This document shows positions 12,974-25,631 of a stretch of 64,000 bases of DNA, piece after piece. The position numbers and the translations under genes are program-made. The DNA comes from Octopus vulgaris (lineage: Eukaryota): positions 118,048,001-118,112,000 of the forward strand of contig OX597818.1 of NCBI GenBank assembly GCA_951406725.2. The letters run 5' to 3'. Positions within the stretch are counted from its first letter, which is position 1, and each line of letters opens with the position of its first letter. Below the pieces are notes generated by a model that was not told where the DNA came from, did not search any database, and was given only the letters and a program-made list of their open reading frames with translations.

Positions 12974-14425
12974 ATGCAGAGAGAGAGGGAGAGAAAGAAA
13001 GAGGAAGAGAGAGAGACAGATTTCGTACGTGAAATCCATATCTAATGTTTACCAATATTAGCGTGATGTTGTTCAAATCACAGTGCTTCAATTGTTATCT
13101 TTTATGGTATTTTACACCAAGGTACCTTCTTTAATTTTCAAAAATGATCGGGTGTGAGACGTTAAATTATTTGTAACATTTACAACGCTATATTTACGAC
13201 AAAATTTAATAGAATCTTTGCGCTTTGTGTAGGTCCGTATTTAAGAAAAAAAAAACAATTATACGTGATAGATGCTCTTGGATTTCGAGCAGTTATAGGA
13301 TTAATTTTGAATGTCTTTCAATAGTATGATTGAACATCAGATCCATCACAATCGCAGTTATAACATCTTAAAATTAACGCATATTTCATTAAACTTTACT
13401 ACTCAATCTCGGTCGTACGCTTATTCCGTTGTCCGGTTGAACATTGACTACTCTACTGTTTGCATTCGGCGAAGGTCTCTGGTCTAAATATTTCTCCTTT
13501 CTTGTGAATGTCTTGGAGAAAAAGATTTTTCTTGCTGTACTTCTTCCTTTGATTAGACCGTTATAAATAAACAACAAGAGCATCTTAGATACAGAAGTGT
13601 TTATCTTCTGTTGGTTTCTTTGAATATCAACTGATTCATATATTTTAGAACTAACTCTCTTTACTATTATTAATGACGTAAGTTGTTCAAGTTGTTCCAG
13701 AATATGTCTAAAGTTGTTCTCTATTTTAAAATTCAGATAAACGAATAATAAACGCTATACCATCTGTCACGTATGAGTCTCATTTCAAACAATTAAATAA
13801 TCATTGAAAACAATCGGTATTGCAAAAATAACAAAAGAAATGCAGCATTTATTTTTCGTTTTGTTTTTTCGGTTGAGTGGAGCCAAAGCTTTCAAACGTT
13901 AATTCGATTTGACATAAATATATAATGATTGAACAAATTAATTATAGGGTAATTGCTCATGGGTTAAGAGTTTAAAATTGCTGTTACCACATACTTATTC
14001 CGATTATTCATGAGTATTCTGAAGTAGTTCGACGGACAAAGACGAACATGGAACCAAAGTCCCATAAACATCTAAGACGGACAAAAACGAGCATGATACC
14101 AAAGTCATTTTGACATCTAAGACTGACACCCGATTTATCTGGTTTGGAATCCTGCTGCCAGTGTAATGGTAGGCATGCTGTGAAAGCATCAAAGTGAGTC
14201 CCGAAAATCGACAAAGGTTTCATAAGATCGTTGTCAAACTAGTATACCATAATCTGAGTAACCATGCCAATGTAATCAAAAACCTCAACATAAACATGTA
14301 GTGATATAATTACTTTAAAATCATAACTTACAAGCTTTTGATGTATCCTTTAAAAATAAATACATATTTAGTATTTATCCACGAAAACGACTATCAATAT
14401 TTTCAGAATATTCATTCATCATTGC

Positions 14426-14508
<83 letters not shown>

Positions 14509-15164
14509 TTATATATACATACACAACACACACACACACACACACGGAGCATACATACACGCACACAGACATTCACACACACACATACACATATGCATAT
14601 ATATATATATATGCATATATAACCGGACATATTTTTTGATATCTCTTGCGTTCACTAATTTAATTTAGTGGGTAGGGTGTATCAAATGCATTCCTCTTAT
14701 ACGAAAGCCATATTTTAAAACTTTTCGATTAAGCACACTGATAATTATACTGCCTCCCCATATATGCTGATATTTAAGTATTCCTGCACTCGAGATTAAA
14801 ATACAGCATATTTTAGGAAACATTTTTTAATGTTGGATATATCTTAGGTCATCAAGTTTAAATGCTAAACGTAATGACCCAAAAGTTGTTCCTTCCGGGT
14901 TCGTTGAAATTTTACACCAGTTATCTAATATTTGGGTAATAGGTGAACGAAAAAATTTTACAAATATGAATGTTGCCCATCCCATCGCCCAAGAAATGAA
15001 GGAAATATTGTGTGTCACAACACTCTTCAAATTTAACATTGTTAGTTTAACAGATTAAGTTTTTCTTACTATAAGCTAATGCACAAGGCGTCGTTGGCAA
15101 AGCTTATTATTGTTTATGGATTTGAATATTCATTAAAATTACCACTTTCATAAAACAGTAATTT

Positions 15165-15690
15165 CAAATTTTGCCACTAGGCCAGCAATTGCGGAGGAGG
15201 GTGTAAATCGATTACATCGACCCAGAACATAATTGGTACTTTATTCTATCGACTCGAAAGGCGGAAGGGTAAAATCGACCCTGTAATCCATAGTAAAATA
15301 TTAGAATTTGCGATGAATAGGCCAATTTGCTGAAGGTTCTCGTACTTTCTTTCTTATAACTAAGGTTTCAGCGATGACTAAGATATTTCAGTAATCATTC
15401 ATTGGAATCTTCTATGAATAATTAAAACATACACTGATTGTTATGAAATCAGGCGTGGTTCTGTGATAAGAAGCTTGCTTACCAAGCACACGGTTCCGGG
15501 TCCAGTCCCCACTGCATGGCACCTTGTGCAAGCGTTTCGTTTTGTATCTTCGTTTTGACACCATGCCAGCAATTTAGAGGGAGAGGTAAGTCGATAACAT
15601 CGAACACAGTACCCAAATGTTACTTATTTTATCGATCCTGAAACGATGGAATACAAAGTCGATACCAGCGATACTTGAACTATGAACAGC
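15165..15690. mobile_element. SINE fragments: A (-) 15165-15280, B head (+) 15450-15540, A (-) 15570-15690
   Basis: Local similarity to the full copies elsewhere in the window. Confidence 0.65.
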
Positions 15691-17084
15691 TGTATAGATT
15701 AAAAGAATAAACACACTATGGATGAAAAATTCATAGACGAAAAGGAAACATTCCGGATAATACGCCACATAGCATCACTATTTTCTGAAATAGTTCCAAG
15801 GAAATGTATTTGAAGAAACACCCACTCAAGAAAGAGATGTTTCAAATGCTCGGTCATCAAATTTTGATTCCTCCACGAAAAATAGATATCTGATACTCTT
15901 AAGAAACTTCATATGTCTGACACAAAGACGATGCATAAATGCAACAAAAAATTAACTATGCGATACCAGATAGCACATCATAAGCTTGGCTTTATTTTTC
16001 GTGAAAAAAAATGTCAACAATGTAATAATAATTGTTATAGCTTTACCAAATAACTGTGTTGTTAGGGCGATATGAGCTGCAATAACGAAGGAATTAGAGT
16101 GGCTTAGCTGTTAATTAAAAAAAATGAAGTTTTTGTGACATTTAAGCAATATATCAATCTCACTTATTTGTAATAGGTTCAACTGAAATGATACACTCCT
16201 TCTCTGCAAGGTCATTGAAAGGTTACCCCTTAATTTCGAAAGAGGCACGTTACTAAAGTTGAGAAACTGTAAAGAACTTCAAGATTCTTAACACATTTGT
16301 TAACCTTCAAAATATTCATGCATGTTTTACATGACGCAAGCAATGGATTTATTTTTAAAAGAATAACTTCTTGGAAACAAGATAACTACCGCTACCACCA
16401 ATAACACCACCGCCACAAATACTGTTAAACGCAATATGAAATATATTCATTTGACGAAAGGATACGTTACAAAACCCTCATGCAAAACAAATAATACGCG
16501 TTTGACATCAAGAGAACAAAAAAAATATATGGGCAACAATGGAAAATATAGGAGTTTACTAATATGTAATTTTCGTTAAGGAAGGCAACCGCCTGATGAG
16601 AAATAAAATACAACAGACGCCCTTCAACAACCTATATATTTCAGCGATCAATCTGTAAAACTTTACTAATGGAAATTCGGATGTATTAGGTTATTTGATT
16701 GTTTTCTGGCTTATCTGTTTTGCACAAAATTTATTGGAGTGCAGCAATTTCCGTTTTAGAGTTGTCTCTCCTTTCCAATGGGTAGCTGAAAAGTTGAATG
16801 TTTCACCGACGAAGAATGAGGCTTCGTATAGTTTTACTCATCTGCTCTAACTGTCAAGCCAGAAGTAACATGAAAATTGACTCACAGTCTTCGTTAATTC
16901 CTTATACGACCTTAATGCATAATTTCCATTACCTGCATTGACCACTCGATGCAACGCTTTGAGAGCCTAGAAGATGTAAGATGCTGAAGGCCAACATCAG
17001 TCTGCTCTTCAACGGCAATTTCCGCACGGTCAAAATGTAAAAAAATGTACATATATGTATATGTGTATGTGTGTGTGTGTTTGT

Positions 17085-17303
17085 GTGTTTGTTTTAGTGT
17101 ATCTGTGCTTGTCCCCCCAACATCGCTTGACAACCGATGGTGGTGTGTTTACGTCCCCGTAACTTAGTGGTTCGGCAAAAGTAACCGATAGAATAAGTAC
17201 TGGGTTTCCAAAGAATAAGTCCTGGGGTAGATTTGCTTGACTAAAGGCGGTGCTCCAACATGGCCGAAGTCAAATGACTGAAACAAGTAAAAGAGTAAAA
17301 GAG
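17085..17303 (+). mobile_element. SINE family B 3' half
   Basis: Near-identical to 36590-36800; ends in a (taaaagag)2 tail. Confidence 0.85.
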
Positions 17304-17887
17304 TACAATACATCTACCATCTATCATATTATGTAAATATGTGGTAGACCTATCTGATTTTCAGTCGCAGCGGGTAAGCGCAATAGATACGGTTTAAATA
17401 GCAAAAGGAGTATGTGTTCCAAACAAGATGTTTTCATGGTTAAATAGTGATGGTGAATTAGTAAGACGCTAAGAAGTGGAATTATGCATTGCCCTCTAAC
17501 ACACGAGCATTGCCTTCTTTCAATCATTGAGTTTGGTCACTATAATGATTAGTGTACTTGGTTTATGTTTTATCAGAATGTAAGTTCGGAGCACAAATAG
17601 CTCCCAATTATCCTAACAAGAGCGACAGCGTATCGTATTACAACGCCACAAAAGACAGCATCGTCTCTTTAGATGCAGTGTCTTTTCAGTTTAATCTGCT
17701 CGTAATCGCACAGATCTTGACCAACGTAATCAAGAATTAATTTTTCCGCTAAACGCAGAATTTAATGGTGAAAATATCAAGGTTTGTTTAAGGAAGCAAA
17801 AGTACCAGAATATTCTACCTCTTCTCAGTTTCGTTAGATATACATGAAATTAAACAAATGAATAGAATAAGTGTTACATCAATGGCA

Positions 17888-18145
17888 GTGGAGGCACATG
17901 GCCTAGTGGTTAGAGCAGTGGACTCGCGGTCGAGGGATCGCGGGTTCGAAACTCAGGCCGGGCGATGTGTGTGTTTATGAGCGAAACACCTATGCTCCAC
18001 ACGGTTCCAGCAGAAGGTAATGGCGAAACATCTGCTAACTCCTTCGCCACAACTTTCTCTCACTCTTTCCTCCAGCATCTTGCAGTTCACCTGCGACGGA
18101 CCGGCGTCCCGTCCAGGTGGGGAACCTATACGCCAAGAAACCGGA
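17888..18145 (+). mobile_element. SINE family C with a well-preserved tRNA-like head
   Basis: tggcctagtggttagagc (A box) and gggttcgaaactc (B box) are followed by a non-tRNA body shared with 9228-9553. Confidence 0.8.
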
Positions 18146-18189
18146 CTCGAGAAGGAACAAACAACACAACATCAATGGCGATTTCCGAG

Positions 18190-18760
18190 TGTTGCAGTTA
18201 CCAAGAATGATGGTTATTGAGTGACTTAAATTGAGATATGCTCCATACAGGAATTAACACGATAGACGATTTGCTTGTAGATGTATGGTTTGGGAGCATG
18301 GTTGAAGAAGCTGGTGTATTTATCATATGGCTGAGGGAAAGAGATAGCGAATCAGATTAGCTTTCGGGCTTTTTTGACGATAACCAGCTGAAATTGTCTG
18401 ATGATAGAAGTAGTCGAAATAAGTGCAAATGTTTGAGATAAAACCGAAGTTTCAGTAAGATCATATCATGTTCATCGGAGAAAATAGATAAAGATTATTA
18501 GTTTACTTGCCTTGGAGAAAGGAACTGTATATGTTGCTGGCGATTTCTTCAAGGTGATGTGTAAACCTAGGTTGAAAAGGAGGTGTGCATGTAATAGGAC
18601 AAACGGGAAATGGTCTAGCGTGTTTAATTATTGGTGTCTTCTAGAACAGAATCTGTCGGTGGGGCATGGGCTCACGAATATCCTATCACAAGATTATGAT
18701 TGATTGAGATGGAGACAACTCCTCTTACGATACCCATGAGCCAGTGGCGTCAATGTGAGT
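18190..18760 (-). mobile_element. Decayed PLE C-terminal region
   Basis: Weak remnants GY..R.PFV..H and a pre-GIY-YIG-like S.S..V segment. Confidence 0.3.
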
Positions 18761-19429
18761 GAAGTTAAAAGAATAAATAAAGGATAAATAAAGATTATAA
18801 TGATATACCAAGTCATTTACTATGAATTATTTTTACCGGAGCGTCCATGATATTCTACACAATAGCATATCCAGCAAGAAATAGTACCAGAATTTAACCT
18901 TAATATCTCCAAATTAAAAGGACATTAGATCGAACTTTTCAACCATGTTTTGGGGTCAAAACAAAAACAACTATAAAAAAAATTATACATTAACCAAAAC
19001 TGTTTTGTCCTCGAATGAGGGCATTTCCTACCCACGCTCAACTTGCGTACAGCTTTCGTTATTTTCCCTTTTACTACCATTCTTAATACCAACATCATAA
19101 TTTTATTATCATTGCCTTTGTTATCAAGTCTTCACTGACACTATAAGTAGATCTCCAATTACGAGGACAGTCGGTGCAAAGCATGTGACTGGCATATGGA
19201 GGGCGTGGATGTCCCGCCATACGTTACAGGTCCCCAACAACTCCCCCGCCCTTAACTCACGCGCCTCTTACTCACTTCTGCTGCCTACATAGTCGAGGTT
19301 GGTGTGAATGCTTGGCCTCCGAATATTGCTTGATATTAAACAAACCAGCTGATTATTCAGATATTGCTACGGCTGCTGCTACTACGGCTGCTACTGCTGA
19401 TGCTGCCGCCTTTGCATGCTCGTCAGCAT

Positions 19430-19610
19430 TGAAGACGATGAGGATATTGGTGACGATGATGATGATGATGATGATGATGAAGATGATGATAATGATGATA
19501 ATAATGATGACGACGATGATGATGAATATGATGATGATGATGATGATGATGATGATGTTGATAACGACGACGACTATGATGATGATGATGAGGAGGAGGA
19601 GGAGGAGGAC
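19430..19610. repeat. (GAT)n/(GAG)n microsatellite
   Basis: Direct reading. Confidence 0.95.
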
Positions 19611-19852
19611 GGGGATAACTTTTCAAAAAATAAACCGCTGAAAAGAAGTGAGTAAATGCCTACAAGTATCTAAACTCAACGGTTTTTCGATGCAAATGAT
19701 ACAGTAGTTCTGATAGTATGATAATATTGAATATTAATATAGATTATCATTATAGTTAACATCCCACAAATGAGAGGTCCTAAAACACACTAGGCATTAT
19801 ATAAAGATATAAGCGGCGGCGTGTGGCCCTTGTAAATATGTACCCTGAAGAA

Positions 19853-20125
19853 GGCGACGAGCTGTCAGAATTGTTAATACGCCGGATAAAATGTTGATCG
19901 CCATTTCGTCTTTCCGTTCTGAGTTCAAATTCGAGGTCGACTTTAACTTTCATCGATTTGGAGTCAATAAAACAATTGCCAGTTGAACACTGCGATCGAA
20001 TTAATCGACTTAGTCCAAATCCGATACTGGTGGCAATTTGCCAGAATTTTAAACAGATGTAGCACATTGGGCAAGCTTTGTGAGTGGATTTGGTAGACGG
20101 AAACTGAAAGAAGCTCGTCGTATAT
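19853..20125 (+). mobile_element. SINE A (19853-20010) followed by a SINE B fragment
   Basis: Shared blocks with the full copies. Confidence 0.7.
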
Positions 20126-20135
20126 GCATATATAT

Positions 20136-20376
20136 ATACTAAGTAATTAAGGGTTTAGCGACGATTTGCCTCACCACACACCGAATTTAGAAATAGCAGT
20201 CAAAAAGTTTTGGCTATTTTTCTACTTAAAAGGGAGATCCCAGTAAAAGCAAAGCACGTAAAAATCAAACGACGCAGGCAAAAGAGAAAGTAATGACGAA
20301 AATCATTATATATTAAGTCACCTACGGACGAGGTGGTGTGAGGCAAATCGTTGCTAAACCCTTAATTACTTAGTAT
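20136..20376. repeat. Inverted-repeat element (arms about 40 bp, spacer about 150 bp)
   Basis: atactaagtaattaagggtttagcgacgatttgcctca versus tgaggcaaatcgttgctaaacccttaattacttagtat, one mismatch. Confidence 0.9.
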
Positions 20377-20500
20377 TACTTAAACCTTCCTTGAATGAGG
20401 CTTTTACATGCCGAACTCTACTTGGTGAAATTAATGATTATTTCTAAATTAATTAATTGATTTCACTCTTTATTAATTAATTTATTTCACTCTTTATTAT

Positions 20501-20537
<37 letters not shown>

Positions 20538-20541
<4 letters not shown>

Positions 20542-21199
20542 ATACATATATAGGCTAGCGAGTATTGGTTATAAATATCACCACCAGTGGCTTAGCATGT
20601 ATAAATAGTCAATAGACAACATATTCATATTTTAAAATAGTGTACAATTAAACACTAAAGAAAACTACCCTTTAACAGGTAATTTTTGCATGCTAAAAGA
20701 ATCAGCCAACACGGCCAAAACCACGATTTAATAGCAATTTTCGAAGGAAATGAAAAATAAAAAACTTTTGCCTTGTTAATTTTATTTGCGGTTATACCAT
20801 GATTTCGAATTTTTTTAACAAATAAGATTATTTGCCATCCTTTAATAGGTAATTTAGCAAAACAATATTATCCACCAGGCGAATTCTCATCAGTAATCGG
20901 CCTTAATAACTAACTTATAAATCAGAGACAAGATAACACGTGTCCCGTCATTATATGCTATAATTTTTTCAAAATTCTGCGCGCAGGCGCATTTACAGTC
21001 GGCAATAAATACGATGCCGAGCTCAATCTTGGAGAATGCTAAGAACATATTCATAAGATACATATATAGGGTAGCGAATATTCGTTATAAATATCACCAC
21101 CAGAGGCCTAGCATGCATGAATAGTCAATAGACAACATATACATATTTTAAAATAGTGTACAGTTAAACACAAAAGAAAACTACCCTTTAAAAGGTAAT
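20538..21199 (-). mobile_element. 516-bp unit with 146-bp terminal redundancy carrying a hammerhead (retrozyme or PLE pLTR-like)
   Basis: Direct repeats at 20538-20683 and 21054-21199; abuts (TA)n; internal hammerhead. Confidence 0.75.
20789..20899 (-). ncRNA. Type I hammerhead ribozyme with canonical core and long stem II insertion
   Basis: Minus strand reads cgatta CTGATGA gaatt [about 70 nt] aattc GAAA tcatgg TA taaccg. Stems I and II pair, stem III is near-palindromic, and the cleavage triplet is GUA. Confidence 0.75.
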
Positions 21200-21819
21200 G
21201 TGAATTGACTTTCACTAAACTTTCATTTTACGTTTCTTCATAGAATTCTTAAATCCAGCATCTAACCACCAAGTATTCGACCCACCCAACCACACTGATC
21301 GTCATATTGCATTTAAAGGAAATTGTACTATTAATTAAATGTTGAAATGTCCTATATCAACTGGTAATTATTAACGCATGTTTATATATCAAACAACACA
21401 GCAAAATAAAAAATAAAACTTCTCATAAAAAAAATCAAAAGAATACACTGCTTGTTAACTAGAACTGCTGTAAAAAGTAGCTGTTATACATCTCCATTAT
21501 ATTCCCTACCGCCTTAGAATATATATATCGTTACTCCTTAAATTTTATTTGTTTTAGTCATTAGACTTCGGGGATGTTTGGGTAGCAATTTGTTGAACTT
21601 TTAGTCATATGAAATGACTAAAGTCAGGTAATTATTCGAATCGGTGGTTTTTTTCGAACAGCAGAGTTTCACACATCAAAATACACGAGTAGCGGTTGTG
21701 AAGTGGTGGTAATGGGAGAAACACAGACGTAAACACACACACACACATATTTATATATACTAAAGGCAAAAGAAAAGCTAGACGAACATCTCAGGTCATT
21801 TAGAATATTTATTAGTGAA

Positions 21820-22035
21820 GGCGTCGAGCTGCCAGAAACGTTAGAAAGGCCGGGCGAAATGTTTAGCGGTATTTCGTCTCTCTTTACGTTCTGAGTTCAA
21901 ATTCCGTCGAGATCGACTTTGCATTTCATGCTTTCAGGGTCGATAATTTAAGTACCAGTTGCGTACTGCGGTCAGTCTCATCGACTGGCTCTCTCTCCCA
22001 AAATGTCGTACCTCGTGCCTAGAAAAGAAAAGAAT
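21820..22035 (+). mobile_element. SINE family A
   Basis: Matches 6818-7048 and the third unit at 47885. Confidence 0.85.
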
Positions 22036-22099
22036 ATTTAATTAGAGTAAGGTGAATAAAAAACGGAGAAGCAGAAGTAATTAATGTATTACAGCTATT

Positions 22100-23190
22100 T
22101 CTGGGCTATCTCAGTTAGTGGGTCAACACTCCCATAAGCTCGGTATTCAGTCATCAGAGACAAGGTGTGTATGCAGGGATCTTCCAGACAGAAAATTCAC
22201 CGTGTTTATAAAAACAAAACAGTAGATAGAAGAATAAAAATAAAAGAATAAAGTTCACCGTTTATGTTGTTCTGGAGAGCATGGAGATTAGTTCCTACTT
22301 CCTTGAAGATATATGTCCTTAAGTATAACCCCACAGTTCCTTTCGGTGACCGTTCACCAAATATACTCACAAGGCTTTCGTGGGCCATGGCACATGCTGA
22401 AGGTGTCACGCAGTGGGAGTGAATCCAGAAAATATAGGATTATGTTTACGTGCAAGAGTACAGAGAATATTTTAACTCTAAAAAGCCTACACGGATATTG
22501 TAGGAATCTGGGTTAAGTCTCTTTTGGAAAGCACGGATTTGAAATCTAATCTACTTGATGAGGGCCGGGATGCTTTCGTACAGACGATAAAACGATGCAG
22601 AATAATATCAAATCAAAAATCTTACAAGACAAAACCATGCACGTGTCTTTATAAAACCGCCTTTGTTCATCACATTTATATGTATATTTATCACACATGG
22701 TTTGAGTGTGCACATGTTTAGAATGCGATAGAATAGCTACACTGTGTTGTATGTAATCCCTGTATTCTTCTAGGTTGACAGATTTTCAAAACAACGATGA
22801 TCAAGGGAAGTAATGAATGAAGGCCTCTGTTAAATAGATGTGTGTCATATATATAATTGTGTACGGTTAGATGGAGAAGTATAATATTTTCTTTCAATAG
22901 TGCATTGTTGGATTCAAGATAATGTTTTGACATTGCTTAGCTCTCTTTCTTATCATTGATGTTATTGCAGGAAGTGAGAAGAAATTCTCTGTGAAATGTC
23001 GAGAGGTAAGTAAGTATGGGGCAAACATCAACAAGTATTGAAGGAGCAATAGAATAAAAAAACAGAAGATAATAAATACTGATAGATGAATAAAGAACAG
23101 ATTTATAAGACAGACGAAGCAAAAACATTAGGTAACAATAGGGGGAAATAATATAATTAGTGTTTGTCAATAGTTGAATATCTATGATAA
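22100..23190 (-). mobile_element. Decayed PLE RT fragments with a SINE B piece inserted (about 22360-22425)
   Basis: Remnants D.IL..IP..IK..DF, SLY..I, NNINGELY, DIQLLTN and CPIL.YL. Confidence 0.35.
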
Positions 23191-23370
23191 ACATCATTAT
23201 CACCGTCACCACCATCAACATTATCATCATCGTCATCATAATCATCATCAACGTCAGCATTGTCAGCATCGTGGTCATCGTAAACATCATTATCATCATC
23301 ATCATCGTTATCATCATCGTCGTCGTCACCATCATCATCCTTATTATCATCATCATCTTCAGCATCATCG

Positions 23371-23407
<37 letters not shown>

Positions 23408-23635
23408 ATTTATCATCATCATCATCATCATCATCGTCATCATCATCGTCTTCATCATCGTCATCATCATCGTCGTCATCATCGTCGTCGTCGTCATCAT
23501 CATCGTCATCATCATCATCATCATTGTTGTCATCATCGTCGTCGTCATCGTCGTCGTCATCATCATCATCATCGTCATCATCATCATCGTCGTCATCATC
23601 ATCATCATCGTCATCATCGTCGTCGTCATCATCAT
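23190..23635. repeat. (ATC)n/(GTC)n compound microsatellite
   Basis: Direct reading. Confidence 0.95.
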
Positions 23636-24105
23636 TATCCTTATCGACGCATTATTATCCCTGTAAGCTAGGAAATGCTAATGCGACGAAATATTATCGG
23701 GGATTTTATTGTAATCTGAATTCATTCGAATTCTATAAAGAAAAAAAAACAAATTATTACTCAAATATTTTCAGTAAATTTAAAATTCAATTACAAGGGA
23801 AACAAATAACTACTGCGAGGCGTATCTCCGATCATGCTTGAAAATTAACTTAAGTCTACGAGGCACGGAAGCAAATTTTCTTTGTTACTGGACCAAGAAG
23901 TAGCAAATTACTTCCACAAAACCATACGCTATCATATTAAAATGTTCAGGACTGTATTATACAGGGTGGACCAAAATACTGCTCCACCACACAGTATGTG
24001 GAATGGTGTATGGAATTGTCAAAAACATGCTTCGATTTTTCTAAAATTGAATAAAATAGATAAAATAATAATGAATACACACGTGCTTGTACATCATGAA
24101 CAAAA

Positions 24106-24598
24106 TCTCTATATCTATAACCGGCAAAACGTATGTGTATCAATGTGTCTGTGTGTCTGTGTGTCCTTTATACAAATCCACAGTTTTTCAGGTAATATGC
24201 TCACATTTTCTGTGGGCTTTCAAAACTATCTGAGGGTTATCATGAAGATCTTTACATTTCCCCAGTCACCCCAGAAAGCCATTAAAAACACCGATAAACC
24301 GACCCCTTATGCGCACAAGTTATTTTGCGGCCATATTCGAGTTTTTTGCTTTTTTCTGCCTCCTTTGTTGTTTGACTAATGGCATGTGCACAGTCCCGTT
24401 AATGTTCCATAATTATGCCGTTCCAGGTGAGAAAACCGAAGTCCAATGAATATTAAATACTCTCATAAAAAGCTCCAACTAGCTCATAAACAGCAAAACT
24501 AGCCCGGGCTGAATTGTGATAAGAAACTTAGCTCTTGATTTAGTGAGAACTTTTTACTGTGATCCGGCAACGAACAACAAGCACGAGCATAGTGCTAG
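24106..24598 (+). mobile_element. Non-autonomous Helitron
   Basis: A|TCTCTATATCTATAA 5' end, internal (gtct/gt)n, 3' gcaacg..gcacgagcat..CTAG|T. Inserted between A and T with no TSD. Confidence 0.7.
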
Positions 24599-24869
24599 TG
24601 TATAATAAAAGCAGTTTCAAATGTTAGCACCAGGTTAATAAGAATAAAAATAATATTAATGATAATTGCAATAATTTTCAAAGAGAAAATATCGTTATAC
24701 TAATGGATTCGGGGCTAATACAATAAATATAATGAATAGGAATAAATATAAATATAAAAATAAAATAAAAGACTAAATAGTAGGAAAAAACGTTGATGGT
24801 AACAGTAATGATAGCAGACATTATAGTATAAATATCATAAGCATTAAAAAAATAATATTAATAAAGGGA

Positions 24870-25440
24870 AAAAATATGGTTGATTTTTCCTTATGGCACC
24901 CAGGTTAAAAATGACATTATAAAAGAAATCACAAAAATAATAATATTATCCTTTATTATAGATAATAAAAAGTATAACACATTTTCTAAACATAATATAG
25001 GAGTAGGGTATTCGACTACTAGTAACGTAGATAATATTATCTCACCTCTAAATATATATAAGCTGAATAAATATTATTTTGATAAACTAAATAATAACTC
25101 CAATAATAACGACAATAATTCAGAAAATTGTAATTGTAGAGATAAAAACAGTTGTACATTTTATAATAAATGTATCTTGAGTGAAGTAGTATATAAAAGC
25201 GTGGTAACCATAAATGAAGATAGTAGTGTTAGTGGTAATAGTCATAATAATAATAATGATAATAATAATAATAGTAATAATGAGTATAATGATAATAATA
25301 ATAAATGTATCTTGAGTGAAGTAGTATATAAAAGCGTGGTAACCATAAATGAAGATAGTAGTGTTAGTGGTAATAGTCATAATAATAATAATGATAATAA
25401 TAATAATAGTAATAATGAGTATAATGATAATAATAATAAT
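24870..25440 (+). mobile_element. Decayed Naiad-like PLE fragment (RT thumb to pre-endonuclease linker) with an about 135-bp tandem duplication
   Basis: F.K.N..VGYSTTSNV..II...N..CNCRDKNSC..KC..VVYK.VV; 25165-25299 is repeated at 25300-25440. Confidence 0.6.
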
Positions 25441-25483
25441 AATAATTATAATAATAATAATAATAATATTAATAATGATGATG

Positions 25484-25558
<75 letters not shown>

Positions 25559-25573
25559 TTAATAATGATGATG

Positions 25574-25631
<58 letters not shown>

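Noticed and set aside
13389-13750. About 120-codon open frame on the minus strand as a possible host exon
   Set aside because: No recognisable domain or convincing splice sites.
14827-15039. Peptide SPITQILDNW..TFGSLRLAF resembling a death-domain end
   Set aside because: Only a few residues match, it is isolated and there is no exon context. A profile search would be needed.
17888-17963. Possible tRNA gene
   Set aside because: The acceptor stem does not close well and the sequence continues into a SINE body seen elsewhere in the window.
18394-18428. CTGATGA..GAAA spacing like a hammerhead
   Set aside because: Stem II has only 2 bp, there is no valid stem III or NUH, and it lies antisense within a decayed TE.
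19416-19655. Acidic Asp/Glu-rich ORF
   Set aside because: Entirely explained by the (GAT)n/(GAG)n repeat.
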